IMG/VR virus record: IMGVR_UViG_3300042922_001018
Reading direction: 5' to 3' (one strand)
Origin: a virus
Taxonomy: Duplodnaviria; Heunggongvirae; Uroviricota; Caudoviricetes
DNA length: 64,000 nucleotides
Part shown: piece after piece, positions 1-10,079 of the stretch
How positions within the stretch are numbered: position 1 is the first letter of the stretch
How the letters are laid out: each line of letters opens with the position of its first letter
Position numbers and translations under genes: made by a program
Notes under the pieces: generated by a model
Databases searched by the model: none
The model's input: the letters and a program-made list of their open reading frames with translations, nothing else
What the model was told of the DNA's origin: nothing

Positions 1-1
1 C

Positions 2-121
2 CCATTCGTCAACGCCTTGCTGGCCCGTATTGTCCGCGAAGCCAGCGACCTGCACAGTCGTATGAACGAGTTCAGCCGCGTGCTGGGGATGTTCGCTCCG
101 TCTACGCCCGCGTACATGTAG
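2..121 (+). CDS. 3' end of a truncated hypothetical protein
   Basis: Frame open from the window edge (PFVNALLARIVRE...TPAYM) to TAG at 119-121. Confidence 0.4.
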   Translation, partial: PFVNALLARIVREASDLHSRMNEFSRVLGMFAPSTPAYM

Positions 122-123
122 GT

Positions 124-792
124 GTGACATTCGCCCTTTCGCAGCACCCTCGTGAGACCAACGGGCGTTTCGCGACCAAGGTCGGCGCAGCAGCAGAGGT
201 TGCCCTCATCTCGGTACCCGTCGTTGAGAAGAGCGGCCTCGCCCATGTCGGGACACTGAACGCCGCCGACAAGAAGTCGCATTCGTATGAGGGGCAAGGC
301 CTCAGCGTCTCCCAACATCCGGACGCCTGGCAGAAGATTGCACGCCTCAGCGGCAACGTCCGCAAGTTTTCGCGCCTCGGTCGATTCCTTGACTTCCACG
401 AGCTGAACGATGAGCAGCGTGAGGACATCGCGACATACGCATTGGCGCAGGGGTGGGTCGAGCGTGCGGATGTTCACTACGTCTCCTACCACGACGATGA
501 GTGGGAACAGGACATGCGACTAGAGTTCTCAGATTACGATGAAGCTCTCGAAGAGGCGGAAGCGATTGAAGCAGAAGTCGAAACGGTGTCCGGCTTCAAG
601 TATCTGGACCTGCCCGACAGCACTGCTCGCCCCGGCGAGACGGCAGACTTCGGTATCGTCACGGCCGCATGGGTCAATGAGCAGCGTCCCGACCTGGACG
701 GCGTATGGTGGGATGATGACCTAGACGAAAGTCGCCTCAGCGCTCCGCGGGGCGTCATCGTCCCTTCTCGCATTGCGTCATGGCTCGCATGA
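124..792 (+). CDS. Leader-tagged protein 1; possible ADP-ribosyltransferase-like fold
   Basis: N-terminus MTFALSQHPRETNGRFATKVGAAAEVAL; the H-x-G ... GLSVS spacing loosely recalls the ART fold (weak). Confidence 0.75.
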   Translation: MTFALSQHPRETNGRFATKVGAAAEVALISVPVVEKSGLAHVGTLNAADKKSHSYEGQGLSVSQHPDAWQKIARLSGNVRKFSRLGRFLDFHELNDEQREDIATYALAQGWVERADVHYVSYHDDEWEQDMRLEFSDYDEALEEAEAIEAEVETVSGFKYLDLPDSTARPGETADFGIVTAAWVNEQRPDLDGVWWDDDLDESRLSAPRGVIVPSRIASWLA

Positions 793-801
793 CCGCCTAC
801 A
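793..801 (+). promoter_or_regulatory. CCGCCTACA motif (putative alternative-sigma -10 element), 7 nt before ATG 809
   Basis: Same motif and 7-nt spacing at 7024, 8748, 16460 and 17901; variant CCGCGTACA at 108. Confidence 0.65.
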
Positions 802-808
802 GCCGGTC

Positions 809-1723
809 ATGACTTTCAACGAGAAGAAGCACCCCCGCAAGACGGATGGCAAGTTCGCCGCGAAGACCGGCACCGCCTCCGGGATTTCGCTGGCAGGCTC
901 AAAGCTCGAACAGACGCAAGCGCTCATCGGCGTCGCAAGGTTCGATGTTGATTACGACGATGACGTGGACTCTCTCGCTCGTGAGCTTCGCTCGGAAGGC
1001 CTCAGTGACCTCTCGGTACGCACACTCTCCAGCATCATCAAGCAGGACCGATTCTGGGATGTAGAAGGGGACTCGCGGTCTATCAAGTCGGATGAGCTTG
1101 CCGACGAGATTCTCCGCGACCGCAGCGAAGATGAGGTCGCCATCGCCGACCACCTCGCAGGCGGCTCCGGCGCCGTATGGTCCGGCAAGGACAGCACCAC
1201 GCCCGAAGGCTACTACGCCACGTTCGGGAAGGCCGGAGACGGTTCCACCTACACCTATCTCCTGGATGACGAGACGAAGAGCATCGTTGGCCGTATCGAG
1301 TCGAACCTGAAGCCGGGTCAGGAGGGTCGGTTCGATACTCGCGTCTACGAGGGTTCGAGCCTTCGCGGTGGCTACTACATGGGTGCTGGCTCGCCGAACG
1401 GCCATCAGGAAATCTTCTCAGACATCGCGCGCATGCACGAAGGCCGCAAGGCTGTCGCTCGCGTCGATGCGTCACTCAGCGAATCGAGCGACTTCCGCAT
1501 CTCGGAGTACGCCTCCCGCGCGGCCGAAGGCGATTCGACACTGGAGCACATCCTCCGTCACGAGAACGGCATCAACGTCATCCTACGACGCAAGCTGCTC
1601 CAGGCTTACCAGTCGGAGAATGGCCGTGTCGAAGTCCCCAAGCTCATCGAAGAGAACGCCTCCATGATTGACGGCGACCTTCTCCGAGACCTGCGAAAGC
1701 TTGCCGCTGACGCCTCGCAGTGA
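809..1723 (+). CDS. Leader-tagged protein 2 (acidic hypothetical)
   Basis: Start moved to ATG 809 (MTFNEKKHPRKTDGKFAAKTG), which lies 7 nt after CCGCCTACA. Confidence 0.8.
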   Translation: MTFNEKKHPRKTDGKFAAKTGTASGISLAGSKLEQTQALIGVARFDVDYDDDVDSLARELRSEGLSDLSVRTLSSIIKQDRFWDVEGDSRSIKSDELADEILRDRSEDEVAIADHLAGGSGAVWSGKDSTTPEGYYATFGKAGDGSTYTYLLDDETKSIVGRIESNLKPGQEGRFDTRVYEGSSLRGGYYMGAGSPNGHQEIFSDIARMHEGRKAVARVDASLSESSDFRISEYASRAAEGDSTLEHILRHENGINVILRRKLLQAYQSENGRVEVPKLIEENASMIDGDLLRDLRKLAADASQ

Positions 1724-1881
1724 CGTTCTGCTTCGTTCTAAAAAAGGTGTGCTAGGCTCTTCTCGTACCCACCGCCGGGTGGGTGCCCACTAGCCTCGGA
1801 CCTCGGGGAGTGTGGTAGAATAGGAACAAGGCCAACACCGGCCCTGCCCAACATACGGAACCAGAGAAAGTAGAGAAACAC

Positions 1882-2367
1882 ATGGCAGGCGAGACCATCA
1901 TCACTGTGGTTGGTAACCTCACGGCGGACCCGGAGCTGCGCTACACGCAGAGCGGACTCCCGGTCGCCAACTTCACCATCGCGAGCACGCCTCGCTCGTT
2001 CGACCGTCAGGCGAACGAATGGAAGGACGGCGAAGCGCTGTTCCTCCGCTCGTCCATCTGGCGTGAGGCGGCGGAGCACGTGGCCGGTTCGCTGAAGAAG
2101 GGCGACCGCGTCATCGCGACCGGCGCGCTGAAGCAGCGCTCCTACCAGGACCGCGAGGGCCAGAACCGGACCTCCATCGAACTGGAAATCGAGGAGGTCG
2201 GCCCGTCGCTGCGGTACGCGACGGCCCAGGTCACCAAAAGCGCGGCTTCGGGGGCTTCGAAGCCTGCTGCGACTGCTGAGGCGAGCACGGCGGCTCCCGC
2301 CGCTCCCGCTGCCTCCGCTCCCGCAGCACCGGCAGCAGCCGCCGCTCCCGCCGACGACATCTTCTGA
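1882..2367 (+). CDS. ssb: Single-stranded DNA-binding protein
   Basis: Typical actinobacterial SSB N-terminus [22 protein letters not shown]; OB fold, Ala/Pro linker, acidic tip DDIF. Confidence 0.96.
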   Translation: MAGETIITVVGNLTADPELRYTQSGLPVANFTIASTPRSFDRQANEWKDGEALFLRSSIWREAAEHVAGSLKKGDRVIATGALKQRSYQDREGQNRTSIELEIEEVGPSLRYATAQVTKSAASGASKPAATAEASTAAPAAPAASAPAAPAAAAAPADDIF

Positions 2368-2454
2368 GTCGTCAGCACCGCGTCAACCACAGCATGTTGA
2401 GCCGTTAGGTAGAGGAACTTCCGAACCACACGACCCAACTAGCTAGGTCACCAC

Positions 2455-2487
2455 CGATGCCCCCGGCCATTCAGGTCGGGGGCATCG
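2455..2487 (+). terminator. Hairpin terminator after ssb
   Basis: CGATGCCCCCG...CGGGGGCATCG inverted repeat. Confidence 0.65.
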
Positions 2488-2517
2488 TGCTTCCATGATA
2501 AGCTAGGCGACGGAGAA

Positions 2518-3042
2518 ATGAACGACATCAACCTCATCCCATCGTTCGGAGCACGGGTCCGCTATTACATCGCGGGCGCGCCATTCCGCGTGGCCGGAGG
2601 CGTCCTCTCCCTCGCCCTCCTTCTCGGCGTCGGCTTCGCCACCGGCCCTTCCATCTCGACCTTCATCAATGGCGGGTTCACCAACCTCCAGACAGCGGAA
2701 GCGTCCGAACCTCAGCCCATCTCGGAGAACCGAGACCGAGTCACCGCTAGCTGGGTCGCGCTCATCGAAGAACGCGCCCTCGCCCGAGAGAACGTATCGG
2801 AACTTGACGTGACCATTCTCACCGGAGATGATGCGCTACTCATCGACGAGTACCAGAACGCCATCACCCGCGCAGACGTTCTCGTCGAAAACGGTACGCG
2901 AGACGAGAACGCGCTGATGTCCGCGACCGCAGAAATCCGCAGCTCCGTAGCCGCGCTCGAATACGCTGTCCAGATTGTTGAGTGCGAAACCACCGTGGTA
3001 GCTGAAGACGCCGCCCGGAGCGCGACGTGTCTCGCCGAGTAA
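2518..3042 (+). CDS. Single-TM helical hypothetical protein
   Basis: N-terminal hydrophobic helix; GGAGA RBS. Confidence 0.7.
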   Translation: MNDINLIPSFGARVRYYIAGAPFRVAGGVLSLALLLGVGFATGPSISTFINGGFTNLQTAEASEPQPISENRDRVTASWVALIEERALARENVSELDVTILTGDDALLIDEYQNAITRADVLVENGTRDENALMSATAEIRSSVAALEYAVQIVECETTVVAEDAARSATCLAE

Positions 3043-3539
3043 GGCTCTACGCCGGACCTATAGCACGCCTACGGTACGCGTTCACATCGAACGTCGCTCG
3101 CTGGGCGGGTCTAGGCGTGTTCGCCCTGCTCCTCATCGGCGCCATCATCGGCAGCATCCCCTACGTTCCAGCGATGTACGAGAAGGTCGTAGCGGACGCA
3201 ACAGTCGCGGGCGAGTACGTCCGGGACGACCTCACCGTTGCGAACACGCTCACACCCAGCAAGGAAGACGCCGCCAGCACGAAGCTGCGCATCGACGCCG
3301 GACTCTACATCCGGAACAGCGAAGCGTGCTTCGAGGAGGCCCAGCTCGGTGGACAGCGAGTGAAGGACACATCGTTCGCTATCGCCAAGCTGAAAGAGTC
3401 TCTCGATGGGGTATGGCTTGACATGGATGGTGTAGCCGCAGCCCAGGAACAGCTCACGGAAGCGTGGAGAGGTATCGGCGACGAAGCGCTCTGGGCACAC
3501 CCTACATGCGCTCTCATCCAGCCGATGACCACCGCATGA
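3027..3539 (+). CDS. Single-TM hypothetical protein, same architecture as the upstream gene
   Basis: ARLRY versus ARVRY before the TM helix; helical C-terminal part. Confidence 0.7.
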   Translation: MSRRVRLYAGPIARLRYAFTSNVARWAGLGVFALLLIGAIIGSIPYVPAMYEKVVADATVAGEYVRDDLTVANTLTPSKEDAASTKLRIDAGLYIRNSEACFEEAQLGGQRVKDTSFAIAKLKESLDGVWLDMDGVAAAQEQLTEAWRGIGDEALWAHPTCALIQPMTTA

Positions 3540-3560
3540 TGCTGGTACAATGGACTCAGC

Positions 3561-5741
3561 ATGGCTGACCCTCGCGAAACCCCCGAATCCTCCCCTGAGC
3601 AGAACCCTGCGGCACAGGGTGCCGTTCAGCCTGCCCCGAGCGCGGCCGGGAAAGCGAAGGACGCCGCTGGGAACGCCGCAGCAGCGGCAGCCGTCAGCGT
3701 CGTCAAGGCTATCGTCACCCGCAACGCAGGCGAAGCGGTCAAGGGCGTAGGGGCTTCCGCCGCCAAGACCGCAGCAACCGGTGCCGCCGCTTCGGCAGCG
3801 AAGGGCGCAGTCACAGACGCCGCGAAGACGGCCGCTGGCGATGCCACGAAGAAGGTGGCATCAGACGCAACCAAAAGCGTCGCCGAGGACGCCGCCAAGA
3901 ACCTGTTCAGCAACGTCAAGCAGGACGCCACGAAGACCGGCGTCGGCCGGGCGAAGGATATCGCGAGCAGCGTAGCTGAAGGCGACGCAAAGGGGACCGC
4001 AGGCAAGGTTCTCTCTGCCGCCACTCCCGATTCAGAAGACAACAGCATCAAGGGTAGCGTCCAGAACACTGTGAAAGGTGCTATCGGCGGCGCTGCGGGC
4101 GGTGCGATTGCTGGTGGTGTCGGCGCTATCCCTGGCGCTATCATCGGTGCCGCCAGTGGTGCCCTCGCAAACAAGCGCGGTCGCGCTCTGCTGATTGCCG
4201 CTATTGCCGCCCTCCTCGTCATCCCAGCGATGGTCGCGGTCCTCTGGTTCGGTTCCTTCGTCATCGTCTCATCTAGCCTCGTCAGCGGCATGCAGTCCGC
4301 CAGCGCCGAGTCTGTCAAGTCGTCCGGCTTCACGGATGAAGAAGTCTCCGAGGCCATCCGCCTCGGAGGCGTCACGCTCGCCCCCTGGCAGATGACGAAA
4401 GCCATCCAGGAGGAGAGCGGCGAACCCATCGACGCGGAGCTGCTCAACAGTGCCATGCGCGAAGTGAACAGCAGCCTCGACGGGTTCGAGATGGGCGACG
4501 GCGCCGGGTACATGCCCGGTCAGAACTGGCGGACCATCGGCGAAGACGACCGCTCTAAGGAAGCAGCCGCGGCTGTGAAGGCCAACTGGATTCGCGTGCT
4601 GGAGAAGTACAAGGCAGAGCACGAACTCGACCCCGAGAAGACCTACAAGCTCGCGCTCATGTGGTACCTCGGAGAGAAGCTCGATGAATGCACTCCGGCT
4701 GGCCCGATGCCTGAACTCGTGGGACAGACCTTCAAGATGTCCGACGGCTCCGAGCGCAAGCTGACCGATGTGCAAATCAAGAACGCCGCCGCCATCATGT
4801 CTGAAGCTCAGAAAGTCGAAGGCATCAACGAGACCGCCATCACCATCATGTTCATGGCGGCGCTCGTGGAGAGTGGCCTGAAGAACTACGCGAACAAGAC
4901 CATCCCGGAGTCTCTGACCTACCCCCATGACGCAGTAGGCCAGGACCACGACTCCGTCGGTTTCTGGCAGATGCGGCGTCACTGGGCAAAGCCGTACGGC
5001 GATATGTCGAAGCTCATGAGCGTCGAGTATCAGGTGAAGGCTATCCTCGGTGGCCCGAACGGTCCCAACTACCCGTCCCCGCGCGGTATCTTCGACATCA
5101 AGGACTGGGAGACTCGTCCGAAGGGGGACGTGGCTCAGGCCGTTGAAGTCTCGGCGTTCCCCGACAAGTACGCGAAGCAGGAGGAGCTGGCTACACAGCT
5201 TGTCAAGTTCTTCACGGGCGGAGGCTCGTTCGGTTCCTGCGGCGGTGGCGTCGTCACCGGTGACTTCGCTCACCCGCTCGGCGACGGCACCAAGTACGGC
5301 ATCTCGTCCATGTTCGGCCCACGAGACTCTATTTGCAACGCCAGTGGTTGCGCGTCCAGCTTCCACAAGGGTACCGACTTCGGCGCTTCCTGCGGAACCC
5401 CGCTCTACGCGGTCGCTGATGGAACTGTCACGCGGACCGGAATCAACGGAGGCTGGGGTAACGTCGTCGAGTACGACCTTGCCGACGGGACCAAGCTCCG
5501 TTACGCTCACCAGCCGTACGGGACCACCTGGCCCGGCGTAGGGTCCACCGTGAAGGCCGGTCAAGAAATCGGTAAGGTCGGCCAGACCGGCGTAAGCCAG
5601 GGCTGCCACCTCCACTTCGAAGTCATCGTAGGTGGCGCCCAGATTGACGCCTTCACATGGATGAAGGAACGGAACATCCCGCTCACCTTCCAGAGCAAGA
5701 ACGTCAAGGGCTACGTCCCCGGCACGCCGACGCTATGGTAA
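3561..5741 (+). CDS. Membrane-anchored peptidoglycan hydrolase (lysozyme-like domain + M23 peptidase), conjugation-type
   Basis: Ala/Lys-rich N-terminus, TM helix, ALVESGL...DSVGFWQMR transglycosylase-like motif, M23 motifs HKGTD, YAH and HLHFEV. Confidence 0.85.
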   Translation: MADPRETPESSPEQNPAAQGAVQPAPSAAGKAKDAAGNAAAAAAVSVVKAIVTRNAGEAVKGVGASAAKTAATGAAASAAKGAVTDAAKTAAGDATKKVASDATKSVAEDAAKNLFSNVKQDATKTGVGRAKDIASSVAEGDAKGTAGKVLSAATPDSEDNSIKGSVQNTVKGAIGGAAGGAIAGGVGAIPGAIIGAASGALANKRGRALLIAAIAALLVIPAMVAVLWFGSFVIVSSSLVSGMQSASAESVKSSGFTDEEVSEAIRLGGVTLAPWQMTKAIQEESGEPIDAELLNSAMREVNSSLDGFEMGDGAGYMPGQNWRTIGEDDRSKEAAAAVKANWIRVLEKYKAEHELDPEKTYKLALMWYLGEKLDECTPAGPMPELVGQTFKMSDGSERKLTDVQIKNAAAIMSEAQKVEGINETAITIMFMAALVESGLKNYANKTIPESLTYPHDAVGQDHDSVGFWQMRRHWAKPYGDMSKLMSVEYQVKAILGGPNGPNYPSPRGIFDIKDWETRPKGDVAQAVEVSAFPDKYAKQEELATQLVKFFTGGGSFGSCGGGVVTGDFAHPLGDGTKYGISSMFGPRDSICNASGCASSFHKGTDFGASCGTPLYAVADGTVTRTGINGGWGNVVEYDLADGTKLRYAHQPYGTTWPGVGSTVKAGQEIGKVGQTGVSQGCHLHFEVIVGGAQIDAFTWMKERNIPLTFQSKNVKGYVPGTPTLW

Positions 5742-5758
5742 TCTGAGGCAGGGCACCC

Positions 5759-6511
5759 ATGAACAAGCGTCTACTCATCCTCGGAGGGGTCATCCTCGCC
5801 GTTTCCGCCATCGCCATCGCGATGCTGCTTTTTATGACCCCTCCGTCTTCTCCTGACCCTGAACCCACAGGCGATGTACGTGGCGGCACAGTCACACTTC
5901 CCGATGGTTCCGTCGTACCCGCAGACGACTCAGAAGCAGTCAACGAGCCGGAGCCGGACGGCGAGCGGAACCCGGACGGCACCTTGAAGGTCGAAGACCC
6001 TCACTTCGGCGATGACGGTGTCCACGCCGAAGACGTTGTGGAATGCGGCGAGGGACCATATAGCCTCCCCTGCGACGGTGAAGAGTTCTATGAGATGCCG
6101 ACCGCAGAGGCGATGGACAAGGCTTCCACGGCCTCTAAGGCGTTCGCAGCGGCCTGGCTAGTCATCGCCCCGTCTGAGGCCGCAGAAGCCCGCCAGGCGC
6201 GTCTCACGGCCGCTGGAGCTGCTCCTACCGTCGCGGCTCAGGTTCCGGCGCTCACACGGCCGAACACATCACTGACCGGCCTCACGACATCTTCAACTCC
6301 CTACGGCAACATGTATGCCGCGTTCACCCGTGTGCAGAATGGCGACATCGTGATGGTCGTCAGCGTGACAGCCACAGTGAAGTACGACCTCAATGGAGTT
6401 CAGAACCAGACCTGGACGATGCCCGGCACCATCCTCGTCTCAATCAACCCGTCCAGCGGTCAAGTGACCAACATCGTCGAGAACTACCCCGAGCTGGCGG
6501 AGATGTCATGA
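5759..6511 (+). CDS. Membrane-anchored exported protein, possibly transfer-associated
   Basis: N-terminal TM/signal anchor and Pro-rich linker; follows the hydrolase. Confidence 0.7.
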   Translation: MNKRLLILGGVILAVSAIAIAMLLFMTPPSSPDPEPTGDVRGGTVTLPDGSVVPADDSEAVNEPEPDGERNPDGTLKVEDPHFGDDGVHAEDVVECGEGPYSLPCDGEEFYEMPTAEAMDKASTASKAFAAAWLVIAPSEAAEARQARLTAAGAAPTVAAQVPALTRPNTSLTGLTTSSTPYGNMYAAFTRVQNGDIVMVVSVTATVKYDLNGVQNQTWTMPGTILVSINPSSGQVTNIVENYPELAEMS

Positions 6512-6951
6512 CGCGGACCATCTTTTACGCAGTCGTCGCGGTCATCGTCAGCGGCGCCGCGCTCTTCCTCACCACCTACGCCGTGGTCCCTACCATCGGC
6601 CGAATGATGACCCACCCCTGGTCAACGGAAGCCATCGTGACCCCGCCTGATGGGAACTACCCCGGAAGCGTCATCTACGAGGTGGACGGACAAGTCATCG
6701 AAGCGGTACCGAATCTGCCCGCAGAGGCGTACCAGAGTCTCCCTGACTATCCGGCGCCCACCTCGGCAACAGTCTTCTACGACCCACAGAACCCCGTCAA
6801 CGGTACACTCATCAACCCCAGCCCTCCCATCTCTACCATCCTGATGAGCCTCGGGCTATCCGCCGTCATCGTGGCCCTCGCCATGTGGCGTCTCGTCTTC
6901 GCGCGCCTCATCTTCGACCGTTTCGAGCGGCGCGAAGAAGTCCTCCCTTGA
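6508..6951 (+). CDS. Two-TM protein, DUF3592-like
   Basis: TM - beta domain with VFYDPQNP - TM; ATGA overlap. Confidence 0.6.
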   Translation: MTRTIFYAVVAVIVSGAALFLTTYAVVPTIGRMMTHPWSTEAIVTPPDGNYPGSVIYEVDGQVIEAVPNLPAEAYQSLPDYPAPTSATVFYDPQNPVNGTLINPSPPISTILMSLGLSAVIVALAMWRLVFARLIFDRFERREEVLP

Positions 6952-7023
6952 TGCAGCATTCTCGCTGAAGGTGTGCTACCTTGAACATCAAGCCGCTGAA
7001 TGAAGGCTTGTACGTCAGATAAG

Positions 7024-7032
7024 CCGCCTACA
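7024..7032 (+). promoter_or_regulatory. CCGCCTACA motif, 7 nt before ATG 7040
   Basis: Exact motif at fixed spacing. Confidence 0.65.
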
Positions 7033-7039
7033 CACGAGC

Positions 7040-7606
7040 ATGCTGCTAGAACAACCTCGTGACCTGGGTGGCCGATTCTCCGAAAAGGAAGGCCAGGCGC
7101 CAGAAGTGACCCTCTCCTACAACGACCACAACATCCGTCTCAACATCGAAGACGGTGACGAGGCTGTCTTCGACCGAGTGGACCTCGGCGACCAGAACAT
7201 CCCGTACGAGACGGTCACAGTCGAACGCGACGGCGACACCTACTACATCCAGGGTGAGACCGACTTCCTCAACATGGCGTACAACATGTACCCCGACATC
7301 GAGGACGAAGATGCCCGCAAGGCTCAGCTCGCGAAGGACTGGCCTCGAATCGCTCGCGTCGCCAATGAGGCTTACGGCGACATCTTCAACGAGCAGGTTC
7401 CCGCCGGACCGCGCTTCCGCTACTCGCCCGACCTCGGCTCCGTGGACACGACCTCACTCACCTCCAGCAAGGTCCGCCACGCCATCTACGAGCAGGAGGA
7501 CCAGCTCTCCGCCGCTCAGGCCATCCGGTCCGGCGCCCTCTACGAGCTGGTCCGCAACAACATCACCGCCGCGGAAGACGACAGCGATGACGACGACCTC
7601 GACTGA
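7040..7606 (+). CDS. Leader-tagged protein 3
   Basis: MLLEQPRDLGGRFSEKEGQAPEVTL; very acidic. Confidence 0.8.
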   Translation: MLLEQPRDLGGRFSEKEGQAPEVTLSYNDHNIRLNIEDGDEAVFDRVDLGDQNIPYETVTVERDGDTYYIQGETDFLNMAYNMYPDIEDEDARKAQLAKDWPRIARVANEAYGDIFNEQVPAGPRFRYSPDLGSVDTTSLTSSKVRHAIYEQEDQLSAAQAIRSGALYELVRNNITAAEDDSDDDDLD

Positions 7607-7672
7607 GACCGCCGCCTGCGAGATTGACCCCTCGCAGCCGGCCCTCCCCGGCATCGACTGGGAAACGTACTG

Positions 7673-8470
7673 ATGCCTGATACGCGCGGCTTCCTTCCCG
7701 ACGGCACTCATGCTGAAACGGGTGTCGCGCGTGACCCGCAGGGGTACGACGCCCAAGGCCAGCACATCTCCCAGAGCAAGCAGACCCGAGGTCTGCGCGG
7801 AGAGCAGCCCCGGCGCGAAGACGGGAAGTTCGGCGAGAAGACCGGTGCTGCGCCGGAAGTCACTCTCGATGAGCGGAGCGACGTAGTCGAACCGTACGTC
7901 GGCATCCTCGGCGAAACGCCTTCGCAGTACGCGCGCCGCAGCCAGCGGTTCGAGCAGCTCCTACGTCGTGACCTGAACATCGACGAAGATACGACCACTG
8001 AACAAGCGCTTCGCTACAGCGACCTGGACGCACGAAGCATCATCGCCCTGATGCACGCGGCAGTCGAGAACGAACATCACGCCGACACTGTCGCCGCCTG
8101 GCCCGAAGTAGATGCCCTCTACGCGCAGGCGCAGTCCGCCGAACGCCGTCTCCTGGACACCGAAATCCGCGCGCTCCTCAACGAGCACCGGCCAGGAACG
8201 AAGAGCATCCTCCTCGGGACATGGAGCGGGGTCACCGATGTAGACCTCGTCGCATTCGAGAACGAAGACGGTACCCTCGATACCGACTACGACAGCATCA
8301 ACGCTGCGACCGCTTTCCACTCGAAGAACTACCAGCGTTTCACCCGGCTCATCGAAAGTGGCGCATACGCGCGCGTAACCGATGAGGAACAGGCTACCTT
8401 CCGCGACCGAGTCGAAGGCGAGCAGAAGCTCGTCGGACAGGCCTTCTACCGAATCGGAGTACAATCATGA
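7673..8470 (+). CDS. Leader-tagged protein 4 (leader ~43 aa inside the ORF)
   Basis: EQPRREDGKFGEKTGAAPEVTL near the N-terminus. Confidence 0.75.
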   Translation: MPDTRGFLPDGTHAETGVARDPQGYDAQGQHISQSKQTRGLRGEQPRREDGKFGEKTGAAPEVTLDERSDVVEPYVGILGETPSQYARRSQRFEQLLRRDLNIDEDTTTEQALRYSDLDARSIIALMHAAVENEHHADTVAAWPEVDALYAQAQSAERRLLDTEIRALLNEHRPGTKSILLGTWSGVTDVDLVAFENEDGTLDTDYDSINAATAFHSKNYQRFTRLIESGAYARVTDEEQATFRDRVEGEQKLVGQAFYRIGVQS

Positions 8471-8745
8471 CCCTAGGTACCACCGACCAGCCGCGCGCTA
8501 CCGACGGTCGCTTCGCGGAGAAGGCTGGTTCCGCGCCAGAGTCGGTTCTTGACGGCACCGATTTCGTTCCCGCAGAGAGCCTTCTGGAGTCTGCTCCCGA
8601 AGCTCTCGTCGATGATTACGGCAACGCGACGTTCGTCACCGGAGAAATCTACCGCTCGAACGTCATCACGGGAATGCTGGCCGTCGAAGTACCTTTCGGC
8701 ACGCTGTACATCCGCGAGGATGAAGACATCCGCGTTCGTTACTGA
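8467..8745 (+). CDS. Leader-tagged protein 5 (small)
   Basis: MTLGTTDQPRATDGRFAEKAGSAPESVL; ATGA overlap. Confidence 0.8.
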   Translation: MTLGTTDQPRATDGRFAEKAGSAPESVLDGTDFVPAESLLESAPEALVDDYGNATFVTGEIYRSNVITGMLAVEVPFGTLYIREDEDIRVRY

Positions 8746-8747
8746 AC

Positions 8748-8756
8748 CCGCCTACA
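8748..8756 (+). promoter_or_regulatory. CCGCCTACA motif, 7 nt before ATG 8764
   Basis: Exact motif at fixed spacing. Confidence 0.65.
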
Positions 8757-8763
8757 CCCTGGC

Positions 8764-9540
8764 ATGACTTTCAACCCGACTGAGCACCCGCGCGCGAATG
8801 ACGGCAAGTTCGCCGAAAAGCTGGGCGCGGCGCCAGAAGTAGGACTCCAGGGGCCGACTACCACCGCAGACATTCGTGACCTCGTTCAGCAGATTGAACC
8901 CGGTGCTACGAAGCTCGTGTACACGGACCAGGATAACGGTGGCCCGCGCGTCATGACACTCCGGGACGACCACAACATCATCCTGAACTACGGTGTAGGC
9001 AAGTGGGAAGACCTCGACGCCGCACTCGACCGCTACGAGCCATCCTTCGGTGGGGCGAGAGACTTCAAGGTCATCCAGGAGAGCCGCCTCACGCCAGATG
9101 TCGAGAAGCTCTCCGGCTTCCTGAACAACCCGAAGCTCTCCACGGCAGACATCACGACCGACGAACTCGGTCGCCTGCGCTACGCCGTCAACCACGCCGA
9201 GTTCCGCCTGGCCGAGAAAGAACTCGGCAAGCTCCTCACCGAAGAAGCACCCGGCGCGTTCGGTATCGCCGTGGCTGAAGACGACGAAGGCAACGCCTAC
9301 CCGCTGGGTATCGAGACCCATGAAGCCATCCCGAACATCGGTCGCAACTGGGGCGTCATCGACTACGAGAACATCCCCACTCCCATCCGCGACTGGTTCG
9401 TCACTGATGGATACCGTCTCGGTCGCGATGACCGACTCACCGATTACGCCGAGAACCTGACCAACTCCTACGGCGACTTCGACGATGACGACATCGTCTG
9501 GGATGGTCGTCCCGTCTATCGCGTGGCGGTGCCAGAATGA
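8764..9540 (+). CDS. Leader-tagged protein 6
   Basis: MTFNPTEHPRANDGKFAEKLGAAPEVGL. Confidence 0.85.
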   Translation: MTFNPTEHPRANDGKFAEKLGAAPEVGLQGPTTTADIRDLVQQIEPGATKLVYTDQDNGGPRVMTLRDDHNIILNYGVGKWEDLDAALDRYEPSFGGARDFKVIQESRLTPDVEKLSGFLNNPKLSTADITTDELGRLRYAVNHAEFRLAEKELGKLLTEEAPGAFGIAVAEDDEGNAYPLGIETHEAIPNIGRNWGVIDYENIPTPIRDWFVTDGYRLGRDDRLTDYAENLTNSYGDFDDDDIVWDGRPVYRVAVPE

Positions 9541-10079
9541 GCTTCAACGAGACCGAGGTCAACCGGGCAACGGATGGGAAGTTCGCCGAGAAGACCGGCG
9601 CATCCCCAGAAGTGAAGCTCGACGCTCCTACGCCAGCGCTCCGCGCGATGCCTCGTATGCCCGGCTCGGAGCGCGAGGACGCTATCTACGCGAACGTGGA
9701 CTCGTTCGCGGGCATCGACGAAATCTGGACGCAGGAAGTCACCCGTGCCGACGAGAACGATGACTACCTGAAGCGTATGCTCACCACGGATGCCGCTGCT
9801 GCACGGAGCCGTGAACTTCGTGAGCGCGGTCTCGCGCCCACGACCCCAACGCAGCTCCAGGTCGGCGGCTTTTTCGGGCAGCCGTTCGCCGAATGCCAGA
9901 ACGATGTCGAGCTGTATCACCAGTTCTCTATGATGACCGAAGAAACGCCCGGCGACGGCGAAGCCTCCAAGAGCCAGGTAGACCGGTGGCTCCAGCGGGT
10001 GTACGATGACCATGACGCTCGACGCGCCGAGCTGGTGGCAGCCGGTGTCGTCTCAGGGAAGGACACCATCACAGAATGA
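9537..10079 (+). CDS. Leader-tagged protein 7
   Basis: MSFNETEVNRATDGKFAEKTGASPEVKL; ATGA overlap. Confidence 0.85.
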   Translation: MSFNETEVNRATDGKFAEKTGASPEVKLDAPTPALRAMPRMPGSEREDAIYANVDSFAGIDEIWTQEVTRADENDDYLKRMLTTDAAAARSRELRERGLAPTTPTQLQVGGFFGQPFAECQNDVELYHQFSMMTEETPGDGEASKSQVDRWLQRVYDDHDARRAELVAAGVVSGKDTITE

